Shown here one piece after another: positions 41,701 to 50,166 of a stretch of DNA of 55,099 bases (positions are counted from its first letter, which is position 1; every line of letters begins with the position of its first letter). The stretch spans positions 1 to 55,099 of the IMG/VR virus record IMGVR_UViG_3300020473_000035. The stretch is one strand, 5' to 3'. This DNA is from a virus (taxonomy: Duplodnaviria > Caudoviricetes). Below the pieces are notes generated by a model that saw only the letters and a list, made by a program, of their open reading frames with translations, had not been told where the DNA came from and ran no database searches. Position numbers and translations under genes: made by a program.

Positions 41701-41728
41701 ATCAGCACCTCGCTATAATTACTACTAT

Positions 41729-42334
41729 CTATTCGAAGTCAAACTTAACATTCGCAGTAATTTTAAGCGTAGGCACATGATCGTGGTTGGCTAAATTGTG
41801 TTTTCTAGCCTCATCAATGTCCAAAAACCAATCGGCATGTCCCTTCTCGTGGATGATATCTAAAAAGTAATCCTTGTGGTGTCCACAGTTTTCTGCCATC
41901 ATATGATAAACCTTCTTATTCAACCTCTCTGTCTCGGCAGCATCAGCTTTGATCTCCTCGACTTTGCCCCAGCCCATCGAACTAACATCATGAATCATAA
42001 CAGTGGCATCAGGGTCCATATATCGATAACCCTTGGAGCCGAAACTAAACAGCACGGCACCGCATGACATAGCTTTTCCCTGCACTATTGTAACCACGGG
42101 AATGCTGGAGTGTTTAATATCTGAAATCATAGACATTAGACTATAAACTTGACCCCCGTAGCTATCAATAATGACTGGCACAATTGGTTGTCCTGTGTTT
42201 TGGGCTTTATTCATCTTGTTGGAGAAATCGTTTGCTGAACTCTCGTCAAACTTTCTTACCCGAATAATCACAGGAAGATCGTCTACAAACTCTTTCTCTT
42301 TCAAGAGCGGACTAAAAAGTTTCATCACTTTCAT
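41729..42334 (-). CDS. clpP: ClpP-like peptidase 2
   Basis: DSYGG, GKAMSCG (Ser), MIHD (His), ADWFL (Asp). Confidence 0.9.
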   Translation of the reverse strand: MKVMKLFSPLLKEKEFVDDLPVIIRVRKFDESSANDFSNKMNKAQNTGQPIVPVIIDSYGGQVYSLMSMISDIKHSSIPVVTIVQGKAMSCGAVLFSFGSKGYRYMDPDATVMIHDVSSMGWGKVEEIKADAAETERLNKKVYHMMAENCGHHKDYFLDIIHEKGHADWFLDIDEARKHNLANHDHVPTLKITANVKFDFE

Positions 42335-42339
42335 GTTGT

Positions 42340-45300
42340 TTACCCCAACTGTTTAAACGTTTTCCCCACAGCGTATGTCGAGAAACCCCACTGCTCATCA
42401 TATTTCAGGCGTGCCATGTAAGGTCTGTTTAAGTAAATACGATCCTTTTCAGGTTTAATGCCCCAGCATCTGATCTTTGTTGTCTGATTATTGGAATCAA
42501 TAACCTCAACAATCCAGTAAAGCTTACCGTTCTTCGTCTTCTTTGGAGTAATCTTGCGCGGAATAAACCAGCACAAGAAAAGAGCTTTGTCAAACTCAGA
42601 GATAGGAGGCACTCCCTTCTCATGCAAGCGCTCAATAGTTGCTCGCTTGATAACCAAGTTAAGAGGAAACACACCAGTTAAGTCAGTCTTGAACTGGATG
42701 ATCTCTTCTTCGCTAAAGTCGCCTTCAGGTCTAAAGGTTTCAAGGTTTTCATTAAAGCGCTTAAGGTTCTTCGGTCTGTCAACAATACATGCTGACCAGA
42801 AATGCTTACGCCCAGTGAACCTGTCATCGACAATGTGATCCAAAGCCCCTGCCCGACACAAAGCATCCAAAGACTTCTTGTTTAGTTTGCTATAAACCAC
42901 TTCCTCTCGGAACAAAAGATCCTCTGCGTTAGTAAACGGTCGGTTGTTTAGAATCTGTTCAATCGCTGACATTCCCAAACCTTTGATCGAAGTCAGTGGC
43001 TGGATGAGTGTCTTGCCATCCTCGCTGATCTCCCACACAGTGCCCGACTTGTTCACATCAAGTGGCGCAATCTTGAAACCAAAGCGCTTTGCAATGTTGA
43101 TCGCTTTCTCTTTGCGACTCTCGGGTTCCTTGTCCAAGAATGCAGCCATCCACTCTGCGGGGTAGTAGGTCCACAACCAAGCACACTGGTAAGAAATCAT
43201 ACTATAAGACACAGCATGCGACTTGTTGAATCCGTACCCAGAGAAGAACTCGAACTTGTTCCATAGACTAATCGCCGCGTCACGGTCGATGCCGTTGGCA
43301 ACACAACCATCGACAAACTTCACACGAAGCTTTGTTTTGATGCCGCCCTTGCCAGTACCTTTCTTGGTGAGCACCTTGCGTAGCAAGTTGCCCTCGTCCA
43401 TCGTCAGCCCTCCCAGCTTGTTAGCCAGCAATGCAATCTGTTCCTGAAAGATTAGGAATCCAAACGTTTCTTGCGTGATCTCTCGTGCGTCATCCGATAG
43501 GTATTGGATGCGATGTGGGTGGCCCATGGCTTCGATGTACTCTTCATGCACATCAGCAGACAAAGGACCAGGGCGATAAATCGAGGTGATAGCCGAGATA
43601 TCAATGATGTTGTTGGGCTTGACACGCTTACAGAAGTTCTGCGCTCCAGTTTCAGTAAACTGGAAGATACCAGCCCACTTCCCTCGGTGGAATGTGTTCT
43701 TATAAACCTTCTTGTCATCAAGGTCTACCACATCTGGATGGATGGTCTCGTCGTAATACTTCTTGACGTCGTTGAATGTCGGGTTCTCAACGCCATGATG
43801 GCGGCGAAGGATGTGCTCGATGCAGCCCTCCATCATCTTCAGCGTAGAAAGCCCAAGTAAGTCGAACTTAATGAAACCCATCGGTTCAAGGTGGCGAACG
43901 TTCTGACCTTCGGACCATGGTGTTTGGCGCACACCGCCAGAGTTAATCAGAGGCATGCTCTCATCAAGGTTCTCTGCGATCACAACACCACCAGCGTGGC
44001 GGGAGCATGACCTAACCTGCCCCACAAGCCCCTCAACGTGAGCCTTGACCGCTGGATACTTGCGCAAATATGCCTGAAGAGAACTGGAATATTCCATAAC
44101 CTCTTCCCAAGTTGGCGTATAAACACCAGCCTTCATGCCGTGCGCCTTCTTGGCAACAGGGGTAGCCTCGCGCATCATGACGCTTGTAACCGTGTTCGCT
44201 TCGGTGAAGGGGATACCATACAGCTTTGAAATATCTTTGATAAGCGAACGAAGCTGCAGCGTATTCCAGTTGGAAATTGGAGCAACCGTATCCTCGCCCC
44301 ACATATCAACCAGCTTCTCTTTGAGTAGCATGCTGTCGGATACATCGTAATCAATATCTGGATAGTCGGTAGCGTCAGAACGTAGGAACCGCGAGAACAG
44401 TAGCCCGTATTTGATGGGATCAATCTGTGTGATTCCCAAGGCGTACGCCACCAGCGACCCAGCCGCAGAACCGCGACCAGGGCCAGCCAACATCATACTA
44501 TTAGCTACGTCGGCGATTGCCTTCATAGTGAGGAAATACTTACTAAAACCCCTATCACTAATAACATGTAACTCACGATCAAGACGGTCCAAATACGCCT
44601 GCTGTTCATGAAGCCCTTTCTCCCTAAGCCCTTCAAGGGATAGGTTAATTAGTGCTTGATCATCTGTAAAGCCTGCGGGGACCACAAAAGAAGGAAGGCT
44701 GACCGTATTGTCAGGGAAGAAAGTCTCGATGCGCTCGTGTGCAATCGTGTAAGTTTCCTGAATAGAATCCAAGACAAGCTGATCATCATAGTCATAGTCT
44801 GCGGCGTACTTCTTGTAGCTCTCCCACATCTGATCGCCGTTCTTCGGATACAATTCGTAACCAATCTCTTCGACGCCATCGGGCAACTCGTTGCCGTCAG
44901 CCCAGTCGGGAGCACCCTTGCCAAGCCAACCAAGACGCTTGTAAAGCTCGCGATCCTTCCAAGCGTCAGGGTTGGGGTAATGGCTGTCGGCTGTAGAAAT
45001 CAGTCCAACGCCAAACTCTTTGGCAACTTTGATGATGTACTGGTTGAGTTCGTGCTGCTCGGGAATGTTGTTCCACTGGAGTTCTGCGTACCAGCGATCT
45101 CCAAAGATATCAACCATCTGCGCTGTTGTCTCGCGCATGGCAGTCAACACTGCTTCGTCACCATCTTCTCGGTTCTCCCAATAATTACCAGCATAGACGC
45201 CGCCAAGACAAGCAGACGCGGCGATGATGCCCTCGTTGTACTTCTTAAGCAGTGCGTAATCCAAACGCGGATACCGATAATAGTTCTCGGGCTGATAGGA

Positions 45301-45762
45301 TTCTGAAATCAATTTGAATAGATTGTTTAGACCAGTCTGGTTCTGTACCAGTAAAATCAAGTGACGGCGACGGCGCAAAATACTTTGCACCTTCTTGCTA
45401 TCGGTCTCGTCTTCAACTGTTGCGCCTGACTGTCCAGACTTCTTGATGGAACGTGCTCGCTTCTTGTCCTCCATAGCCTTCGCGTACTCATCGCGCCAGT
45501 CATCAAGTGATGGCAGAAAGTATGCTTCGCAGCCAAAGATGGGCTTGAAGTCTTTACCTTCTTCCTGCATCTTACGAGCGTGTAGGACTTGATAAGCCAG
45601 TCCGTTCATATTTCCATGGTCAGTTAATGCCAGCGCATCGCACCCATTTTCATACGCAAAGTCCATATGTGCTTGTGGATACCCTAGGGCATCAAAGAGA
45701 GAGCCTGCTACGCTATGTGCGTGCAGACCCACAAATTTAATTTCAGATTGTTTTCGGTTCAA
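42340..45762 (-). CDS. dnaE: DNA polymerase III alpha subunit (family C)
   Basis: PHP LHAHS/TDHG, GRGSAAGS, PDIDYD, KFDLLGL, YGFNKSH. Confidence 0.97.
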   Translation of the reverse strand: MNRKQSEIKFVGLHAHSVAGSLFDALGYPQAHMDFAYENGCDALALTDHGNMNGLAYQVLHARKMQEEGKDFKPIFGCEAYFLPSLDDWRDEYAKAMEDKKRARSIKKSGQSGATVEDETDSKKVQSILRRRRHLILLVQNQTGLNNLFKLISESYQPENYYRYPRLDYALLKKYNEGIIAASACLGGVYAGNYWENREDGDEAVLTAMRETTAQMVDIFGDRWYAELQWNNIPEQHELNQYIIKVAKEFGVGLISTADSHYPNPDAWKDRELYKRLGWLGKGAPDWADGNELPDGVEEIGYELYPKNGDQMWESYKKYAADYDYDDQLVLDSIQETYTIAHERIETFFPDNTVSLPSFVVPAGFTDDQALINLSLEGLREKGLHEQQAYLDRLDRELHVISDRGFSKYFLTMKAIADVANSMMLAGPGRGSAAGSLVAYALGITQIDPIKYGLLFSRFLRSDATDYPDIDYDVSDSMLLKEKLVDMWGEDTVAPISNWNTLQLRSLIKDISKLYGIPFTEANTVTSVMMREATPVAKKAHGMKAGVYTPTWEEVMEYSSSLQAYLRKYPAVKAHVEGLVGQVRSCSRHAGGVVIAENLDESMPLINSGGVRQTPWSEGQNVRHLEPMGFIKFDLLGLSTLKMMEGCIEHILRRHHGVENPTFNDVKKYYDETIHPDVVDLDDKKVYKNTFHRGKWAGIFQFTETGAQNFCKRVKPNNIIDISAITSIYRPGPLSADVHEEYIEAMGHPHRIQYLSDDAREITQETFGFLIFQEQIALLANKLGGLTMDEGNLLRKVLTKKGTGKGGIKTKLRVKFVDGCVANGIDRDAAISLWNKFEFFSGYGFNKSHAVSYSMISYQCAWLWTYYPAEWMAAFLDKEPESRKEKAINIAKRFGFKIAPLDVNKSGTVWEISEDGKTLIQPLTSIKGLGMSAIEQILNNRPFTNAEDLLFREEVVYSKLNKKSLDALCRAGALDHIVDDRFTGRKHFWSACIVDRPKNLKRFNENLETFRPEGDFSEEEIIQFKTDLTGVFPLNLVIKRATIERLHEKGVPPISEFDKALFLCWFIPRKITPKKTKNGKLYWIVEVIDSNNQTTKIRCWGIKPEKDRIYLNRPYMARLKYDEQWGFSTYAVGKTFKQLG

Positions 45763-46649
45763 GATATTTCCTCCTCTTGGATTATTAATTTAGCATGTTT
45801 GTGCGGCCCTGTCAACCCCTTGTAGGGTTTTTTTATATTATTTTCAGAACCCAGGAACTTCCTATATTCTCCCCACGTGGATATATCATAAAACCATTCC
45901 AACTCGACGGCGTGTGGCGCATCTGCCAACACCTCACTGAACACTGTATCAAAACCAAAATTTCGTGCCGACCACCTTTGGTTTAGGGGGAGTCTTTGGG
46001 ACGGATACTTTTCGCCTGGGGGCGGTGGTAAAAACTCCCTTGTTGTCAGCTTGTTTACTTTTCTTCGACATTGTATAAAATCTTCTCCTTTCATGGTAAA
46101 GGGCAATGGAACATTATCCTTCACTGTTTTGTCGTTATAGGTTAAAAAGAAATTAGCCTTTGTATCGGCTATTTCTCTTCGGTGTTCTCGTAAGGAATAT
46201 ATATCGTATGCTGTCATGGGGAACGAAATGAAATATTTCTCTGGCACAAGCCATTTCGAAATCTTATTGCCAACCCACCACGCTGAATTTACTCCGTGCA
46301 GAACTGACCAGCCGTACGAATCGCGGCGGTCGCGGTCACGATCATTGATCGGGACGTAATAAATAGGTATCTCTTTGCGTAATTCCTTGTAGAATTTTAC
46401 CTTTGTTCGGTTATAATAAACGGGATCTTGTACCCAGTCACCCACACATTTGCGGACAATTGGCGCGAGGTCTTGATTAGCAACAATCCATATAGTTTTA
46501 CAGCCCGCTATAGCACACTCAAAAACAGACTTTTGAATAGCAGTGAAGCCAGCATCAATCGGCAACAAACAAGACGGTGTGAGCAAATCATGATCCGTCT
46601 GAAGATTTGCTAATGGGATGATGCCGGCCACATGAATGCGGCGATTCAC
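45759..46649 (-). CDS. divergent sugar-phosphate nucleotidyltransferase-like protein
   Basis: AGIIPLA...PSCLLPI...AGCKTIWIV...WFYDISTW; lacks GxGxR. Confidence 0.6.
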   Translation of the reverse strand: MNRRIHVAGIIPLANLQTDHDLLTPSCLLPIDAGFTAIQKSVFECAIAGCKTIWIVANQDLAPIVRKCVGDWVQDPVYYNRTKVKFYKELRKEIPIYYVPINDRDRDRRDSYGWSVLHGVNSAWWVGNKISKWLVPEKYFISFPMTAYDIYSLREHRREIADTKANFFLTYNDKTVKDNVPLPFTMKGEDFIQCRRKVNKLTTREFLPPPPGEKYPSQRLPLNQRWSARNFGFDTVFSEVLADAPHAVELEWFYDISTWGEYRKFLGSENNIKKPYKGLTGPHKHAKLIIQEEEIS

Positions 46650-47527
46650 AATACCCTCAAAAGTCTATTGTACGCCACACTAGCCGGTGATAAATTTTTG
46701 TACAAATTGTATTCAGTGCAGTTAGGAATTTCGATGTAGCTTTGTGCTGATTCAAACGTTTCATTCTTCTTTTTTGTTCCTCGGGTGATATGTGTTGTTC
46801 TAAATCTATAATGTTTTGGTTTTCCGTTGGGTCCATAGCCATTAAACTTTCCTTTCATTCCGCGACTCTCCATCTCGTGGAGCATCTTGAATCTCGCCAT
46901 AGTCTCTGAATAATCAAAGTCTGATAGCTGTTCGGTAGTCAAGTGTGATACCACACAAGCGTCCTTAACAGGACTATTCCCATCAATTCGGTCAGAAGAA
47001 TAGAACCATATGGACCTAACGAAATCATCTTCAGTTGTAATGAAGTCAATGTCGTGCTTTCCTCCTCTATTGAATGCTATCCAATCATAGCATATATATT
47101 CGCCCGTGTCAACAGGCTTTTCATTTAAAAGTTTGTGACAGTTTTTGTCACCAAAGTAATAACAATGGTTGAAGTTAATCTCTGCCAGTTTAGAGTACTC
47201 ATCAGAAAAAACAATAGTAGAACCTGTGTAGCGCATTGACTTACAAAGGTTTGCAAAAGGAACCTTTCCAAAATATGAAAGCACAAACATTAGACGCTCC
47301 CATAATATTTCTTTGGGTAGTCCAACTTTCATTTCCATATCGAAAGTTCTCAAGGTTCTCTCTTCGTTCTCCAAATTCAAATCAGACAAGTCCAATGACG
47401 GATCGAGAAAGTCAAACCGAAACGGACGTTCAGCTTCAGAAAAGAAGACTGGTAGTTGGTTATTGAAAGCAAACATCAATGCTTCGAGCGAACTACCAAT
47501 CACTATCTTATCATAATTAAGAATCAC
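46646..47527 (-). CDS. divergent FAD/NAD Rossmann-fold-like protein
   Basis: YDKIVIGSSLEAL start. Confidence 0.55.
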   Translation of the reverse strand: MILNYDKIVIGSSLEALMFAFNNQLPVFFSEAERPFRFDFLDPSLDLSDLNLENEERTLRTFDMEMKVGLPKEILWERLMFVLSYFGKVPFANLCKSMRYTGSTIVFSDEYSKLAEINFNHCYYFGDKNCHKLLNEKPVDTGEYICYDWIAFNRGGKHDIDFITTEDDFVRSIWFYSSDRIDGNSPVKDACVVSHLTTEQLSDFDYSETMARFKMLHEMESRGMKGKFNGYGPNGKPKHYRFRTTHITRGTKKKNETFESAQSYIEIPNCTEYNLYKNLSPASVAYNRLLRVL

Positions 47528-47625
47528 TCTTCGTTCTCCTTAATAAGACAACAATTAGCGGAGTGAAAAACACACCAGCCAACAAAAAGTCCGAGGCTAA
47601 AAAATGTAATAGCTACATCAATCAT
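47524..47625 (-). CDS. 33-aa membrane micropeptide
   Basis: MIDVAITFFSLGLFVGWCVF...; coupled, GAGGAG RBS. Confidence 0.55.
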   Translation of the reverse strand: MIDVAITFFSLGLFVGWCVFHSANCCLIKENEE

Positions 47626-47943
47626 TCTTCGTTCTCCTCAAATGACGCCAGAGCCGTCCTCATTCCGTCAATACCGCGCTCCCGACAGTAGAACAGCCAA
47701 CCGATGGTTCCAAGTTCTTGGATCTCGTCGATCTTCTTTTCTTCGCCCCATTTGTTGTTTTCCCAATCATAGTCACTCACTGAGAGTGTTTTTATCCGCA
47801 GTTTTAAGTCGTCATTTTCGCGAAAGAACTCCTGAAAGATTCCTTTATATCGGCATGAATCAAATTTTCCACTTGCCCACACCTCGTCGCCGGGCTGGAG
47901 ACCGTGTAAGTAAAAGTCTTTTGAAACATCAATCATTCTTCGT
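47615..47943. repeat. 18-bp direct repeat flanking one gene
   Basis: acatcaatcattcttcgt at 47615-47632 and 47926-47943. Confidence 0.8.
47622..47936 (-). CDS. hypothetical protein (LQPGDEV SH3-like start)
   Basis: 104 aa between the direct repeats. Confidence 0.7.
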   Translation of the reverse strand: MIDVSKDFYLHGLQPGDEVWASGKFDSCRYKGIFQEFFRENDDLKLRIKTLSVSDYDWENNKWGEEKKIDEIQELGTIGWLFYCRERGIDGMRTALASFEENEE

Positions 47944-48259
47944 GCTCTCCACAACAATCGACTTCTACATCCTTGCTCTTCTTATTTATTTTCAGCCAGA
48001 TACCCCAGAGAATAGGGACAGCTAACCAATGAAAGCATAAGATCAACGATGCAGGAATGCCTGCGTAAAACGTTGGGTGAACGTAGTTTCCAAGCATCGC
48101 AAATATAATCGGGAACACTACGTCCTCGATAATCTCCCACCCAACAAAGATTATAACAAACGCGAGTCCGTTTTCCTTAAGGAATTCTTTTATTCTCTTG
48201 CGTGAGAAGTGTGCAAGCTTGTGAGAGAGCCTGTGTTTAAGCCAGTTATAAAGTTTCAT
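47933..48259 (-). CDS. membrane protein
   Basis: Two or three hydrophobic segments. Confidence 0.75.
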   Translation of the reverse strand: MKLYNWLKHRLSHKLAHFSRKRIKEFLKENGLAFVIIFVGWEIIEDVVFPIIFAMLGNYVHPTFYAGIPASLILCFHWLAVPILWGIWLKINKKSKDVEVDCCGEHEE

Positions 48260-48972
48260 TATTTGTTCCGAATGTCACGGTAAGCTTTCACTGTGACCGG
48301 CCAAAGATCCGTGGCAATCTCCAAGCACGCTTCTGCGAGTTTTTGGATTTCCCACTGGGCACCATCGTGGGTGCGGAGTTCAATAAATTTAAGTAAATTA
48401 TTAAGATTGACTGTTCCATAATATTCCGTATACATGTTCTGTGGTAAGACGCCACGGGCTTGCTCTCGGCAAACGCCCGCTTTAATCATATTGTTATAAA
48501 ATGTCAAGCACTCCTCGTGGTGCTTCTTCAGTTGGTGGGACACCTTATCCCCCATAAAACCTCTCCATACGTGTGGATTAATCAACTCTTCTGCGTTGGA
48601 GGCTTGTCGATTGGATTCGTGTTGCGTTCTGAAAGCCACTGGTTCATAGAATTTAATGTCCACGTCGGTATACCGCCTGGAGATTTCATTATACGACCAA
48701 GTGCGATGCCTGTGATGCTGACTACGCACATATAAAGGCACACAAAACCGAAATGTGACCAAGTTATGTTCAAGTGTTGAAGTGTGTCTATGTTTAACCA
48801 AATAGGTAATAAGTTTCTTGTCTCTATCATCTAATTCTTCTTTATGCTTACCAAAAGATACGCGAGCGCTATTGACAACAGAAAGATCTGTCCCCATATG
48901 CTCAACATATTCTACGTACCCCTTACCATCGTCATACAAATCAATGCTTTTAGCATAATTTTCATTTTTCAC
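48259..48972 (-). CDS. thyX: flavin-dependent thymidylate synthase
   Basis: RHRTWSYNEISRRY, AREQARGVLP-like, AQWEI. Confidence 0.95.
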   Translation of the reverse strand: MKNENYAKSIDLYDDGKGYVEYVEHMGTDLSVVNSARVSFGKHKEELDDRDKKLITYLVKHRHTSTLEHNLVTFRFCVPLYVRSQHHRHRTWSYNEISRRYTDVDIKFYEPVAFRTQHESNRQASNAEELINPHVWRGFMGDKVSHQLKKHHEECLTFYNNMIKAGVCREQARGVLPQNMYTEYYGTVNLNNLLKFIELRTHDGAQWEIQKLAEACLEIATDLWPVTVKAYRDIRNK

Positions 48973-49867
48973 TCTTCACCTCTTGAATTAATTTGTGAAT
49001 GTCTAACCCTGCGCAATCAATCTTTCTTTTGCTGCAGTGGTAATGACTAACGATTCCTTGATACTTTCCGTACACCACATCTTGAACATATTTTGTGGAT
49101 GTCTTACCAAATTGACTAAGTGGTGTTTGCATCTCTACATTTGTGGCAGCCTCAATGGCTTTCCAGAGAGCTTTGGCAGCCTCAATCTGCACAGGATAGA
49201 AGCCCAAAAATGGGTCTAGCTTACTGCCGTGAACCCATGCGCCTTCCACCATAGGACGCTCTCCGTGTCCGTTTCTGACGTACCAATCTTGGTACTTGGG
49301 GTAATAGGCATTACTAATTTCTACACCCACTGACGAGCGATTAACGCGGCTTGTGCCAGCGTGCCAACCACCGTGCTGCATGTCCATTGTCTGGTAAATT
49401 GTCCCATCATTGTCGATAAGAAAGTGTACCGAAATGCCTCGCTTATTCAAGACGTCGTTACACGCTTTGGAGCTTAAACAAACGTCCCAGTGATTTACAA
49501 AGAGGCGAATGTTTCTTTTTGGTCGTCCAGAGTAATCATAATAGTTGCCTGCCTTCGCTGCTAAACCGCCCTTTTCAGACCAAAGCACCACCTTGTCCCA
49601 TTCAATAGGAACAAAGCCACTATTGTAGACTAGGTAGTTGGAATATTGAGGGTCTTCTGGTTTGTGTTCGTCAATATCTGACTGTCTTTCCGTCCAAACG
49701 CGGCGGAATGTTGCGGGTCCGCAAAGGCCATCAGCAGTCAAGCCGTGAGCCTTTTGCCATTTCTTGATTGCACGGACAAGCTTGTCATCGAAGTGTTTCT
49801 CACCAAACCATGATGGCTCCCATCCCAATTGAGTCGCGGACGACTGATTGTAGAAATCTTTATCCAT
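48962..49867 (-). CDS. endolysin: PG-binding domain plus N-acetylmuramoyl-L-alanine amidase
   Basis: WQKAHGLTADGLCGPAT; SVHFLID, WHAG, SVGVE, SH...KIDC. Confidence 0.85.
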   Translation of the reverse strand: MDKDFYNQSSATQLGWEPSWFGEKHFDDKLVRAIKKWQKAHGLTADGLCGPATFRRVWTERQSDIDEHKPEDPQYSNYLVYNSGFVPIEWDKVVLWSEKGGLAAKAGNYYDYSGRPKRNIRLFVNHWDVCLSSKACNDVLNKRGISVHFLIDNDGTIYQTMDMQHGGWHAGTSRVNRSSVGVEISNAYYPKYQDWYVRNGHGERPMVEGAWVHGSKLDPFLGFYPVQIEAAKALWKAIEAATNVEMQTPLSQFGKTSTKYVQDVVYGKYQGIVSHYHCSKRKIDCAGLDIHKLIQEVKSEK

Positions 49868-49881
49868 ATTTGTGGTTCCTT

Positions 49882-50154
49882 TTATACTATGCCAATGACA
49901 TAATTATCTTGAACCACGCTAAATTTCGCTTTATTTACAACAATTTCCTCAATCATCCCACGATCTACGATCACCACTTCACCTGGGCGTAGCTTGTCTT
50001 CAAAGCGAACATCGCTAGCGCATGCGATAACAGTAGCTGCCACATATCTCTCTTTGGTCGGACTGTAATCTTCAGGAAGAACAATTCCTGAAGTGCTTTC
50101 TTGTCGTTTTGTCTCAATAACATCAATTTGAATATATCTATTTACCGGTTTCAA
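49882..50154 (-). CDS. groES: co-chaperonin GroES-like
   Basis: MKPVNRYI..TSGIVLP mobile loop, 90 aa; AGGAG RBS. Confidence 0.8.
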   Translation of the reverse strand: MKPVNRYIQIDVIETKRQESTSGIVLPEDYSPTKERYVAATVIACASDVRFEDKLRPGEVVIVDRGMIEEIVVNKAKFSVVQDNYVIGIV

Positions 50155-50166
50155 TTCTATCTCCTT

